A DNA stretch of 24,000 bases from Wolbachia endosymbiont of Penenirmus auritus (GCA_029784575.1 JAJEUB010000001.1:29699-53698), one strand, 5' to 3'. Positions 8,459 through 18,114 are shown, numbered from the stretch's first letter. Numbers and translations are program-made. The notes: generated by a model not told the origin, from the letters alone.

Positions 8459-8670
8459 TCTACATCCTCACTTTTAGTCTTTTTTGCGCCTTCAATATCA
8501 TACTCATCAGCAACTGCAGATAATAGAATATCTTCCTCTTCAAGCTCAATTGCTTCTCTGATTAGCCTTTCTGCTAATTCTTGAACAGACTGCTTAGTAA
8601 GTTCAGCGAGTTCAGCAAGTTGATGTGAAGTTTCTCTGCTAAGAGCTATGCTAGTTCCCAAGTTTGCCAT
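8434..8670 (-). CDS. ribbon-helix-helix type antitoxin
   Basis: Start taken at ATG 8670 (MANLGTSIALSRETSHQLAELAELTKQSVQELAERLIREAI), giving a beta-strand plus two helices, then an acidic C-terminal tail. Directly upstream of and overlapping the toxin. Confidence 0.75.
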   Translation of the reverse strand: MANLGTSIALSRETSHQLAELAELTKQSVQELAERLIREAIELEEEDILLSAVADEYDIEGAKKTKSEDVDWDTLLST

Positions 8671-8699
8671 ATACTTTACCAAAATTTACCACCGTAACT

Positions 8700-8728
8700 A
8701 TTGTATAGCGTCTTTCTAAGTTTTTCAA
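8700..8728 (-). promoter_or_regulatory. sigma70-like promoter of the toxin-antitoxin pair
   Basis: Minus strand has TTGAAA (8728-8723), a 17-nt spacer, then TACAAT (8705-8700), about 30 nt upstream of the antitoxin ATG. Confidence 0.5.
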
Positions 8729-8739
8729 TAAGAAAAGTG
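8721..8739. repeat. direct repeat flanking the TA cassette (upstream copy, contains the -35 box)
   Basis: See the 8141-8158 copy. Confidence 0.6.
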
Positions 8740-8790
8740 TCCAATATACACACGCTATCCCTTACATTTTAACATTTTTATTTAATTTTG

Positions 8791-9297
8791 TCAAATCCCT
8801 AAAATTGCTTGTAATTTAGCCATCTGATCGACTCCGTTAATCTTGCGAATCATATTTTCAGCATCGATTTCTATTAGCTCATTTCCACCTATGGTAAGTT
8901 TGTAATAATGAGCATCAACTGTACACTTCAGCGTTGCTTTTTCCGCTGGCTTCCAACTGCCAAAATCTAGCTCTTTAAATATTCCCCTAAGGTTGATAAT
9001 TACTCCTTCAATCTCATTGCTGCCACTACCTTGTATTCCACCCCTTAGTGTCAAAGAAACCGAATTTCCATCAATCAAGCCAAAGAGTCGAAAGAGCTCT
9101 GAATCATATTCTGCAAACGTAAAATCAGCTTCAAGTTTTTCCATTCCCATATCTATGCTGACTGGAATATCCATACCGCCAGCTCTGTATTCTTCTGTTT
9201 TGATGGTAAGCTTTGGCAGAGTGATTTCGTCTATTTTTCCTGCATAACCTCGGCCATCTACGAATACGTTGAAATTCTTTAAAATTTTTGGTAACAT
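8791..9297 (-). CDS. FII: major tail tube protein (P2 FII-like)
   Basis: 168 aa. MLPKILKNFNVFVDGRGYAGKIDEITLPKLTIKTEEYRAGGMD closely parallels the P2 FII N-terminus. Confidence 0.9.
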   Translation of the reverse strand: MLPKILKNFNVFVDGRGYAGKIDEITLPKLTIKTEEYRAGGMDIPVSIDMGMEKLEADFTFAEYDSELFRLFGLIDGNSVSLTLRGGIQGSGSNEIEGVIINLRGIFKELDFGSWKPAEKATLKCTVDAHYYKLTIGGNELIEIDAENMIRKINGVDQMAKLQAILGI

Positions 9298-9344
9298 TTT
9301 TTCTCCTGTATTTGCTGGGTTTTGTGGGTGCTTAGAAAGTTTTT

Positions 9345-10547
9345 CTAAAGTATTTCACTGTTAACTAAATGCGAACGGAAGGTAATCTTTTCCGCTGGAT
9401 ATGGTGGCGTAAACTCAAAGTCAAAATACATTTTGCCGTTTGCAATATTTGCCGGTGTATTTAACTCTGATGTCGCATAACATCTTCCACTGATTATTGC
9501 TCCTTGAGCTTTTAAATTAGCCAGATAGGAATTCACACTCTCAATTACATCATCTATGTAAGTTTTGGTAATATTTCGATCAACTGCCCATAAATGAGCC
9601 CTGAGCAGGCTATCATTGATTAAATCAGCCGTTCTCCTCACCGATAGAAAAGCCCATCTTTCATCGTTTGAACATGTTCTATTTCCCCAGAGTCTGTAGC
9701 CGTTTTGATGAATTATCGTCGTTACTTCATTTTCATTGAGATAATTTGCTCGAGAGCTTGTATCACCTAGCGTAAAATCAATAGGTCGGCTTGTTCCTAT
9801 AATACCATTTATTTCTTTATTTGATGGGGATTGCCAAAATCCTTCCTCACTATCTATTTTTGCTATTAAACCAGCTACAAATGGACTAGGTGGTACAGTT
9901 TTTTCTTTTCCATCACTGAATATTTTCACCCAAGGATCTACAACGTAAACTCTTGAACTACCTACACTTTTCCTCCATTTTATTGCTTCTTCATCGTTGG
10001 TATTTGGTCCATCGGCAACTACTATTGCTCTTAGTTTTTCCGCTATTACAATTAACTTTGCAATTACTGGGTTTTGTACTATACTGTTGCTACTGCTCTC
10101 ATCTGCGGGTAACTGATGAGTAAAATGAGGAGCTATTAGTATTCTTGGTGCAACATGAGCCACACTCTCGCTACTTAAGAATGCTTGTATGCCCTCATAT
10201 TCTCCTGTTTCTTCATCAACTCCGCCAATGACGTTTGCAGTTGTTTCTTCTTCTTTTAATTTTAAATCGCTGTTTTCACTTTCCTCAACTCGGATAACTA
10301 CTACTGTTGCACCTATTTGGGAAAATATTCCATTTACTGAAGGGGGAAGAGTTCCACTTCTCCCAAGCTTTGCCGCTTCTTTTAAGCTTCCTGCTATTAA
10401 TACTGGCTTATTTAGTGGAAATTTTTGCTTGTCAGCTTCAGGTGCAGTACCAATTACTCCTATTACTGATGATTTGGCTGTACGTATTGCTCGTGATCCT
10501 GAGGTAACTTCTATAACATTTACCCCATGTAGAAATTGTTCTGTCAT
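9345..10547 (-). CDS. FI: contractile tail sheath protein (P2 FI-like)
   Basis: 400 aa. FLHGVNVIEVTSGSRAIRTAKSSVIGVIGTAPEADKQKFPLNKPVLIAG parallels the P2 FI N-terminus. Sheath-tube gene order. Confidence 0.9.
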   Translation of the reverse strand: MTEQFLHGVNVIEVTSGSRAIRTAKSSVIGVIGTAPEADKQKFPLNKPVLIAGSLKEAAKLGRSGTLPPSVNGIFSQIGATVVVIRVEESENSDLKLKEEETTANVIGGVDEETGEYEGIQAFLSSESVAHVAPRILIAPHFTHQLPADESSSNSIVQNPVIAKLIVIAEKLRAIVVADGPNTNDEEAIKWRKSVGSSRVYVVDPWVKIFSDGKEKTVPPSPFVAGLIAKIDSEEGFWQSPSNKEINGIIGTSRPIDFTLGDTSSRANYLNENEVTTIIHQNGYRLWGNRTCSNDERWAFLSVRRTADLINDSLLRAHLWAVDRNITKTYIDDVIESVNSYLANLKAQGAIISGRCYATSELNTPANIANGKMYFDFEFTPPYPAEKITFRSHLVNSEIL

Positions 10548-10592
10548 GATGATTGGTCGATTAGAGAATTTTGTTTGCTACGTGAGTAGCGT

Positions 10593-11162
10593 TTATAAGC
10601 TTGTTAGAGAGTCTCTTACTTGTTCTTTAAAGTTGTTAAGAAAACTCTGTAATTCTTCTTGGTCCTTGATTTCCTTAATTTTTTTCTTGGCTAAATCTTC
10701 CAGTTCTTCACATTTGATTATGGCTTTTACTGCTTTTTGTGCCTTTTCTTGGATCATTTGTGCCATTTCTACTACTGAAATCCCTCTCACTCTTGCCAGT
10801 GGCTCTATAATTGCTGCATCTTTTTCATCTATAGATTCTGGTGCTGCTAAAATACTCTCTGCGGCTTCCGCTTGTATCGCATACGACCTAGCTTTTTGAT
10901 GAGAATATCCTGCGTATTTGTGAGTATAGTTATCATAATAAGTGCGAAGACTAGAAAATGCAGAAAGTTTCGCATTTTGCAGTAATTCCAGCTCAATATC
11001 TTCTTTACTCCTTTCAACAATTTTTCCTCCTTCAGTTAAACGATAACTCTTTTGCCAGTCAAAATTCTTTGGTGCTTCGTACCAGTCTCCACCTTCCGGT
11101 TTATTTTCAACCACTATCACTTCTATTTGTTTGTTATTCTCAAATCTTATGTAATTTGGCAT
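10593..11162 (-). CDS. hypothetical protein, possibly tail-fibre assembly chaperone
   Basis: 189 aa with a coiled-coil acidic C-terminus. The only functional argument is its position directly after the fibre gene. Confidence 0.6.
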   Translation of the reverse strand: MPNYIRFENNKQIEVIVVENKPEGGDWYEAPKNFDWQKSYRLTEGGKIVERSKEDIELELLQNAKLSAFSSLRTYYDNYTHKYAGYSHQKARSYAIQAEAAESILAAPESIDEKDAAIIEPLARVRGISVVEMAQMIQEKAQKAVKAIIKCEELEDLAKKKIKEIKDQEELQSFLNNFKEQVRDSLTSL

Positions 11163-11173
11163 AAATCCTTTCC

Positions 11174-12643
11174 TTATTTGGCAGTGCAGATGTTAAAAAC
11201 AACATTGCCTACTGAAGATCCAGTACCACTCACCTGAACGCCTCGCAAAGCAACTCCAGAACTGACGGTTGTTGTACCACTGTGTCTAGCTATATAAATA
11301 ATCTTATTTCCTGTAAGCAACGAATTCACACTAAAATCTGTGTCATTATCATCATAGCAACCCACTGGAAGATAAATTGTTGCGCTACCTCTACCACTTT
11401 CTCTAGTATCTGTTCCATTTCCCACTGTTATGCTATATTCTCTTCTAAATAGTGATGGAAAAGCATCTACCACGCTTACTACTGTTGACCGGTAATTTTG
11501 AATATTTGCTTCAATTGCTTTACATGCTGCCTCTGACTTAATAATCATGTGTAATATTTTACCATTGCTTACCATTGCTCTTACGGCTATTGATGAAGCT
11601 GCCATTATGGTTATTGCAGATGCCGAAGCTATTATAGTTTTCATCATTTCTTCTGAACTTGCTAATACATCGATGGCGGTTGTATGAGCTACGATATTTA
11701 GTGCAACACTGCTTTTTATTAATTCCTGTATTGCCTTTGGACTTCTAATTAATTTACTTAATGCTGAAGTGTGGCCTGTTATATTCAGCACAGCATTTGC
11801 ATTACTCAGCATTTTACTAAATTTTCTACGATTTTCGGTATTGTTTAGCCAGGTTTCTAGGTTGTTATTGTTTATTGTATTTAATAATATTTCTGGATCA
11901 CTAATAATCTCAAAAGTATTTTTTAATTGATCATCTCGAGTCTTTACCTCACTTACAATGGATGTTTTTAATTGATTATCCCAAGTTTTTACTTCATTTG
12001 TAAGGGATGTTTTCAATTGCTCATCTCGAGTTTTTATCTCCTTCATAATCGATGAACCATCTGGCACATCATTCACAGCACGAAAATCTTCTACTAAACC
12101 TTTTAGACCATCTTTATGAGTATTGCTGACACTGTTTATTGCCGCGATGTTTGCATTCTTTCTTGTATCAAGTAGCGATACATATGAATCTGATGATGCT
12201 TTTAAAGTATCCAAGGTGTTAGTTTTTAGCGTATTGATTTCATTTACAGACTCTGTCTTTGCTGTAGTTATTGCTGATATTGAATTTTCCTTATTGCTGT
12301 TTATTTCATTCAAGTGTAATCTTGCAGCGCTCAGAAGTTCTTTCAGCTTACCATCTGTCATCTGTACAATTTCAGATACTGAACTTTTGTCAACTATTGA
12401 TTCCAGTGCTTTAGCAAGATATGCTAATTGATCAGGAGTACTACTTACTGCTAAATCTTTAAGCCTTTTCTGTATTGCATCAATTACCTCTTTTACTTCA
12501 GTCATCTGTTCAACGCTGAAAGTAGCTTTTTTATCTATTATCGATTCTAATGCCTTAGCAAGGTAAGCTAATTGATCAGGCGTGCTACTTGCCGCTAAGT
12601 CTTTAATCCTTTGGTGCAGTGCATTTATTGCTTCCATGCTCAT
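11174..12643 (-). CDS. tail fibre-like protein with internal tandem repeats
   Basis: 489 aa. Repeat-rich helical N-terminal two thirds and a beta-rich C-terminal domain (YSITVGNGTDTRESGRGSATIYLPVGCYDDNDTDF...). Lies between structural genes and the sheath. Confidence 0.7.
   Translation of the reverse strand: MSMEAINALHQRIKDLAASSTPDQLAYLAKALESIIDKKATFSVEQMTEVKEVIDAIQKRLKDLAVSSTPDQLAYLAKALESIVDKSSVSEIVQMTDGKLKELLSAARLHLNEINSNKENSISAITTAKTESVNEINTLKTNTLDTLKASSDSYVSLLDTRKNANIAAINSVSNTHKDGLKGLVEDFRAVNDVPDGSSIMKEIKTRDEQLKTSLTNEVKTWDNQLKTSIVSEVKTRDDQLKNTFEIISDPEILLNTINNNNLETWLNNTENRRKFSKMLSNANAVLNITGHTSALSKLIRSPKAIQELIKSSVALNIVAHTTAIDVLASSEEMMKTIIASASAITIMAASSIAVRAMVSNGKILHMIIKSEAACKAIEANIQNYRSTVVSVVDAFPSLFRREYSITVGNGTDTRESGRGSATIYLPVGCYDDNDTDFSVNSLLTGNKIIYIARHSGTTTVSSGVALRGVQVSGTGSSVGNVVFNICTAK
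11900..12034 (-). repeat. 3 x 45-nt (15-aa) tandem repeat inside the fibre gene
   Basis: KTRDEQLKTSLTNEV / KTWDNQLKTSIVSEV / KTRDDQLKNTFEIIS. Confidence 0.9.
12347..12634 (-). repeat. 2 x 144-nt (48-aa) tandem repeat inside the fibre gene
   Basis: EAINALHQRIKDLAASSTPDQLAYLAKALESIIDKKATFSVEQMTEVK / EVIDAIQKRLKDLAVSSTPDQLAYLAKALESIVDKSSVSEIVQMTDGK. The DNA motif ttagcaag recurs at offset 144. Confidence 0.9.
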
Positions 12644-12840
12644 TTATTGCCCCAAAAATTCAAGAAGGTTTCAAAATTAAATCTTTCAAATTCTTCTTTA
12701 AGATTTTTATGTTTATTTTCTCCATTAGTCATATCTTCATCTACTTTTTCTATAGCTCTTCGAATACGTACTACATCCTCTGCAGCGATGTTCTCTGGAT
12801 GCGGCAAAGGATATCCACGACTTGTTTCATCATTTGGCAT
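12640..12840 (-). CDS. small fibre-module protein
   Basis: 66 aa. ATGA stop/start overlap with the fibre gene. Contains GYPLPHPENIAAEDVVRIRRAIEKVD. Confidence 0.6.
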   Translation of the reverse strand: MPNDETSRGYPLPHPENIAAEDVVRIRRAIEKVDEDMTNGENKHKNLKEEFERFNFETFLNFWGNK

Positions 12841-12850
12841 TCTTTTTGAC

Positions 12851-14050
12851 CTATGTGATAGTTACTCTTAAATTTCTCACCTTTGGACGATAAACAACTG
12901 TCCCACTCAAAACTAATTTTACCCTTGTCTCACTAGCATTAAAGTTTGTTAGTACATGCGTTCTTTCTACCCAATTTTCTCCAATAGGTTTTCCTGTGGT
13001 TAAATTTACTAATTGCCATTTTTCTCCCCCTTCCACGTTTTTCTCTACATAAGTTTTAACGTCCGCAGTACCAGGTGTTAGCGCATCATAGATAATTGTT
13101 ATTTTAGTGTTGGAACCGGCTGTAATACTCCTTGTGACATAATCTCCAGACTCTGAAAGATTCCCTAAAACTAGCTGCAGACCAGGATAAAGTACCGGAC
13201 TTCTCTTTTCCCCTCCTTTTAGGTTTGCTTGCACTGTTACCTCTCCAGAGAGTCTTTCACGCAATGCTAACGGCAAATTATCAGACAGAAAATTTTCTTT
13301 TCCTTCCTTATCGGTTAAAATAAATTCTACATTGGTATCAAACGCTACTTTTTCAACATTTGTCAAAACTATTAAATCTGATACGTTATCTGCTGTAACT
13401 TTGCCCAGATTAAAAACGTGAAAAGTTTCTGTAAATTTTGCAGCTAGTAGTCGAAACGTAAGGTCAAAGTTTTGATGCGCAGTCCAAGTGCTTGCATTGC
13501 TCGATGAGAGTAATACTCCTACTTGATAGGGCTGACTCGTTACCCAACGACTATTTACTGCATCATATTTGCCAAGCTCTGCTACTTTTACTGCTGTGTC
13601 TGCATCATCGGTAAGTAATACTATTGCATACTCTTGCCCTGCATGGCAAAATACTGGCGACCAAGTTATACGCGTTGCTGTGCCATTTATATTAATATTT
13701 TCAGGGTTAATATAACTTTCAGCAATTACAATCTGAGAGGGCATGCCAACTGCTGTTTCTCGTATTTGCACAACAACACGTTTTTTGCCTTTATTTGTAA
13801 ACCATAACTCTATACCTCCTATGTGTCTACTTTCATTCAGTGTAAATGTCTGTGCTAATGGATCAACTCGTCTAGCTGCAATTACTCTTCTTCTTTCTTC
13901 TATGGTAATTGTTTTTTTACCAGTATACGTTGTTTCTCCATAGCTTCCCTTATCCCCGTAAAATTGCACTAATTTCGTTCCTGCTGGGATTCTTGGCGGT
14001 ATTTTTATTTTTCCACTTATTTGTCCTTGATTATTTGCTATTTTTTCCAC
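12851..14050 (-). CDS. virion structural protein (host-recognition module), family not asserted
   Basis: 399 aa, beta-rich, motif RRVDPLAQTF. Tightly packed in the structural operon. Confidence 0.7.
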   Translation of the reverse strand: MEKIANNQGQISGKIKIPPRIPAGTKLVQFYGDKGSYGETTYTGKKTITIEERRRVIAARRVDPLAQTFTLNESRHIGGIELWFTNKGKKRVVVQIRETAVGMPSQIVIAESYINPENININGTATRITWSPVFCHAGQEYAIVLLTDDADTAVKVAELGKYDAVNSRWVTSQPYQVGVLLSSSNASTWTAHQNFDLTFRLLAAKFTETFHVFNLGKVTADNVSDLIVLTNVEKVAFDTNVEFILTDKEGKENFLSDNLPLALRERLSGEVTVQANLKGGEKRSPVLYPGLQLVLGNLSESGDYVTRSITAGSNTKITIIYDALTPGTADVKTYVEKNVEGGEKWQLVNLTTGKPIGENWVERTHVLTNFNASETRVKLVLSGTVVYRPKVRNLRVTIT

Positions 14051-14062
14051 TTTTTTTGCCCC

Positions 14063-16015
14063 TCATGCTACAGGTTGGATGGTGATGCCGTCGAATTTTA
14101 TCTCTTTAAGTTTTTCATGAGCTGCAAAGCCTTCAATTTCAAAGTTTTGTACTGCTTCTCTCATAAATTCAGCTTCGTATGACCTACTTGACAGAAGCTC
14201 TGTTTCTCTAGTATTAAATTCCCGGGTTACTGGACTTTTCCAAATTGTAGATACTTCTGTCCAGTGGTCGATGTTCATATTAAGAGTCACTTTTGCCGGT
14301 ACTGGATCAAAAGCTTGATACGGATTGATCTTTTCACTTTTAGTCTGCAAAAGCTGTTCCAATACCGGCTCAAGTTCATACGGCAACAAATAAGGTTTTT
14401 TGCCCTTCTCAGCATCAATAATTTCCACGTCTATCGGCAATATCAGTTCCTTATTTACTATTGCTGCAGACTGAACAATTCCTTGATCACGCATATCATC
14501 ATCAAAGAAGGGATCAACAAATACTCCTTTTTTCGTGGTTGGCTCTCTCGAATTTGCATCATTACGTAGACGTTCCTCTGCAACCAGCGCATAAAGATCA
14601 TTTATGCCCCTTTTCATTGCTTCAAGTTCATTCATCGGCACTGCATGGATAGCATTGTTCACTACTTTTACCTTTTCCCCGTTTTTCCACGTTTGACGAA
14701 TGTAACAGAGTAAAAGTTGTCCGCTAGGCGCTTTTGGCATCGATGGCTTCCAAGGATGTGCTATACCTTTTATTCTCCTCACCACCCCTTTTGCATCTAT
14801 GGTGATTAAATCATAGCGAGGCATTTTCCAAGTGTAATCAACTAGTACTAAACTACCATCAACCGCACCTTTGATTTTACAACCTTCTTCACTTACATTC
14901 TCAGGGCTTATATGAGTGCGAGAGCGGTAGGTTATTTGATAACTACTTCCTGGTGCTGGTTCTCTTCCTGGTAATGACCAATCAACATTTCCGCTACTTA
15001 GCTTATAATCTGTACCGTTTTCATAAATAACATCTCCTTGTTTGATCTGAATAATTTCAAGTATTGCAGAGTCAGGTATAGGGTCTATAGCTCCAGAATA
15101 TGAACCATGGGTCATGGTAATAGTCTTTTGGACAGTTATATCTACCCTTTTAATTTCGCGGACTGGAAAGTCATGAACTTTAAGCTCCATTACTTTTTGG
15201 CTATTTGGCTGAAAAGTATGGGATTCTGATGCAACTGTCTTTATGTCTGGATCTTCATCAAAATAAGCTCGAATACTGTGGGATAATTCTATTTCATAGC
15301 CATCAACACGAGCTTTACCTCCATTAACCACAAATACCTGTTTTTTTGCCCCTCTTTCCCCTCCTTCGCCTTTTTCTTCTTCTGTCTGCAAAAACATTAC
15401 TTCTAGGCCACTTACAACGTAGGAACCATTTGCCTCTTTATCGTAACGAGCAAGAGCTGTGGTGACAATATTTGCTTGGGGTGGCGGTGAATGTTCTATT
15501 AATACCCCATTTTCAATATTGTAAATTGGATAAAATTCCCCATCAGTGGTGGAAAAACGTGGAAAAACACCTTCTGCTTGATATCCCCAAACGGTGGAAA
15601 CTTTAAGTCTTGCTGCCCCTACTTCTTGGTAATTGCGTGTACCAACTGCAGGATCACGAAGATTTTCATCCTCTAGTTCTGTAATGGTAGATTCTACGTA
15701 ATAAACACCTATGCGAACTGTAGTATTCAGTGGAATAGTAAACCTTTTCCCCTCTACTTTTCTCACCGCTCCACGAAGATAGATTTTTCCCGATTCAAGT
15801 GTAACTTCGCCGGTTTCCGCATCTATAATACAATTGCTTCCCGCTATAACATCACCATCGCGGAATATTGCATCACCTATGCCTTTAAGCTTAGAAAGAG
15901 CATACTCTTGGGTTTCATTTAATTCTGCCGATTGCAGACCTCTTCCTGCTAGGAATAAGCTTTTTTCATATTCTTTGTCAGGATCAAAACGATTATAATA
16001 GCCGTTTAGTGTCAT
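14063..16015 (-). CDS. large virion structural protein (possibly DUF4815-like)
   Basis: 650 aa. The N-terminus YYNRFDPDKEYEKSLFLAGRGLQSAELNETQ reminds me of the DUF4815 phage structural family, from memory only. Confidence 0.7.
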   Translation of the reverse strand: MTLNGYYNRFDPDKEYEKSLFLAGRGLQSAELNETQEYALSKLKGIGDAIFRDGDVIAGSNCIIDAETGEVTLESGKIYLRGAVRKVEGKRFTIPLNTTVRIGVYYVESTITELEDENLRDPAVGTRNYQEVGAARLKVSTVWGYQAEGVFPRFSTTDGEFYPIYNIENGVLIEHSPPPQANIVTTALARYDKEANGSYVVSGLEVMFLQTEEEKGEGGERGAKKQVFVVNGGKARVDGYEIELSHSIRAYFDEDPDIKTVASESHTFQPNSQKVMELKVHDFPVREIKRVDITVQKTITMTHGSYSGAIDPIPDSAILEIIQIKQGDVIYENGTDYKLSSGNVDWSLPGREPAPGSSYQITYRSRTHISPENVSEEGCKIKGAVDGSLVLVDYTWKMPRYDLITIDAKGVVRRIKGIAHPWKPSMPKAPSGQLLLCYIRQTWKNGEKVKVVNNAIHAVPMNELEAMKRGINDLYALVAEERLRNDANSREPTTKKGVFVDPFFDDDMRDQGIVQSAAIVNKELILPIDVEIIDAEKGKKPYLLPYELEPVLEQLLQTKSEKINPYQAFDPVPAKVTLNMNIDHWTEVSTIWKSPVTREFNTRETELLSSRSYEAEFMREAVQNFEIEGFAAHEKLKEIKFDGITIQPVA

Positions 16016-16034
16016 TTTATTTTTTAAACGATTG

Positions 16035-16715
16035 TCAAAAAGTTACTACAAATGAAAAAGTTTCCCGGGTTGCTGCAGTTCTGATAAGCGGTACAGTGTG
16101 TTCAAGCACCAACAAAATTCCAGGATTTTCCACATCTTTTGGTTCAAAATATCTCTGCCCAGGGGGTAAATTTTTCTTCAACTTGGTACCAACCATAACT
16201 CCTAGCTCTCTGATCACTTGATTTGCTGCGTCCGTGAAATCGAAAGTAAATGTGAGGAAAAGGTTGTTGGTTGGTACATTTGATGGTTTAAACCGACCAG
16301 AAGGAGTAATTAGTTCGCCATTTTCATCACCACTGCAGAAGAGGACTTCATCAGCAACACGTCTGCCAAGTTCATTGAACAGTTTTTCCGACGTAATTGG
16401 TTCTGGTGGTGTATCTTGAGTATACTCTATAGTAACACCATTTGCAATAGAACTGTTTTCTGTTCGCTGAATAACACCAGTACTACTATCGACTGTATAG
16501 TCTACGCTTGACTGATAAGACGTTTGTCCTGTAAAAACTTTTACGTCTTTGACCGGGTAGTGATCTAGGGTTATTTTGCCATCAGCGGAAAAAATTTTTT
16601 CAACTGTGTGACTACTTCCCCAATTTGCATCACCACTTCCCCAAGCAAGATGTATCGGTTGTTCTTTTATGCTCGCTGCTATTGCTGCTCTTCCCGATTG
16701 GGTGAGAATTGACAT
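16035..16715 (-). CDS. tail-collar fibre-like protein (first gene of the structural operon)
   Basis: SILTQSGRAAIAASIKEQPIHLAWGSGDANWG resembles the N-terminal tail-collar fibre domain (P2 gpH type). Start moved to ATG 16715 (AGGAG upstream) because the listed TTG at 16751 lies inside the conserved promoter-like motif. Confidence 0.65.
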   Translation of the reverse strand: MSILTQSGRAAIAASIKEQPIHLAWGSGDANWGSSHTVEKIFSADGKITLDHYPVKDVKVFTGQTSYQSSVDYTVDSSTGVIQRTENSSIANGVTIEYTQDTPPEPITSEKLFNELGRRVADEVLFCSGDENGELITPSGRFKPSNVPTNNLFLTFTFDFTDAANQVIRELGVMVGTKLKKNLPPGQRYFEPKDVENPGILLVLEHTVPLIRTAATRETFSFVVTF

Positions 16716-16742
16716 TTGAATGTTTGACTCCTGTATATATAT

Positions 16743-16770
16743 ATTCACCAAAATTACAAAAACTGTTCAG
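16743..16770 (-). promoter_or_regulatory. conserved 28-nt motif copy A (CTGAACAG-N13-GGTGAAT), upstream of the structural operon
   Basis: Minus strand AAAAAAACTGAACAGTTTTTGTAATTTTGGTGAATATATATATACAGGAG. Ends 27 nt before ATG 16715. Confidence 0.55.
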
Positions 16771-16863
16771 TTTTTTTGCAGGAAAGTGCTTCTTTTTTTG
16801 CAATAAATTTTTGTTGACTAATTTTTAATCTACTTTAGACATAATATATTTACTTTTAAGCAT

Positions 16864-18114
16864 ATGCTAAATCTTCACCCTAGCAGGGACTTTTGGGAAA
16901 ATAATCTAGAAATGCCTATATCTTCTTTGCTCAAGGACTTCCAAAATCCAATTTTACGTGAAAGTTGGCTGAATTCCCTTTCTGGTAGGCAATTAAACGT
17001 TATTTTTAACCATTGTTTTCAGGATAAGCAAAATGGACAATTGTTTAAAGATTGTGAGCTTTGGAAATGCGATGACCTCTCAACTCAACAAAAGCGTAAA
17101 ATGCTTATCAACATTTCCGAATCTTTGTTTCATTATTATTTAATCAATTGTTTTAGTCGGGCAAAATTAGAAACAACTGTAGTTGAAGTGGCACAATCTG
17201 TGTTGGCTCAAGATCTTCTCAAGTCATTTCTGCTGCAAAATAACAAATATGATAGAAAATCTTTGCTGTTCATTCTTTTTGTAACTAATCATAACTTACT
17301 GAAACAAATTTTCTGCTTTAACCAAGTACACAAAAAAGGATTTTTACCTTTTGTATTAAAGAATCCTCCAAGACAAAAGACTACTTCATTTAAGGATTTT
17401 TTATCAGAAGATATAATACAGACAATATTAAACCAACATGACCTATCTGAAAATGATAGTTTTGAAAGTCAGTTTCAAGAACTTTTCTACTGCCAAGATA
17501 GTATTTACTTATTTATACGTCGTGCTAGTAAAGATGAAGATTTATTAATGAGTTCAAATAAAGTTATACATGGCTACAAACCTAGCAGAATTATTATTGA
17601 ATTTGCTTTAAATGCTAATCAAGCAAATTTATCTATTCAAAACTTTGATCAAGGACTAAAAATAGCAAATAGGATAGCTAGCTGTTATTTTGAACGTGAA
17701 TGCTCATTTATTAACATGCATAGCCGAAATACAGCAGCACAAGTAAGTACTTTTTTGCATGGGTGCATAAAACAATATGTATCAGATATTCACTTATTTG
17801 AAATGAAATTTGGTTCACCTAAATCTAAAACTAGTCTTACGTTAAACACAGATAACATTGAAGAGTGGTTACAAAAAATAGAGCCTTCTATCGGTAGTGT
17901 ACTACATGATGTTTCTCTTATCCAACATATAAAGGTATTGTTCAAAAATAAAAAAGTTACCCTATCCTTCCAGCAAGATGCAAATTATATAGCAGTTGAT
18001 TACTCAGAACATGTCCTCAATAAAAAAGAACGGGATGATTTTAAGTCTTTAATTAGAGATAGTTATGGAATTAACGTCTTGTCAAGAACTCTCTCAAGAC
18101 AGAGAAATAATTAA
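16864..18114 (+). CDS. hypothetical protein (cassette gene A)
   Basis: 416-aa ORF on the opposite strand to all neighbours. No motif I can assign. Confidence 0.8.
   Translation: MLNLHPSRDFWENNLEMPISSLLKDFQNPILRESWLNSLSGRQLNVIFNHCFQDKQNGQLFKDCELWKCDDLSTQQKRKMLINISESLFHYYLINCFSRAKLETTVVEVAQSVLAQDLLKSFLLQNNKYDRKSLLFILFVTNHNLLKQIFCFNQVHKKGFLPFVLKNPPRQKTTSFKDFLSEDIIQTILNQHDLSENDSFESQFQELFYCQDSIYLFIRRASKDEDLLMSSNKVIHGYKPSRIIIEFALNANQANLSIQNFDQGLKIANRIASCYFERECSFINMHSRNTAAQVSTFLHGCIKQYVSDIHLFEMKFGSPKSKTSLTLNTDNIEEWLQKIEPSIGSVLHDVSLIQHIKVLFKNKKVTLSFQQDANYIAVDYSEHVLNKKERDDFKSLIRDSYGINVLSRTLSRQRNN

Noticed and set aside
10189-10899. 236-aa plus-strand ORF, and the one at 10307-10507
   Set aside because: Antisense to the strongly supported sheath gene and the following gene, with a low-complexity Ser/Phe-rich translation.
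12611-12871. Plus-strand ORFs 12611-12871 and 12619-12849
   Set aside because: Antisense to the 66-aa fibre-module gene and the fibre gene start, with Phe/Ser/Ile-rich low complexity.
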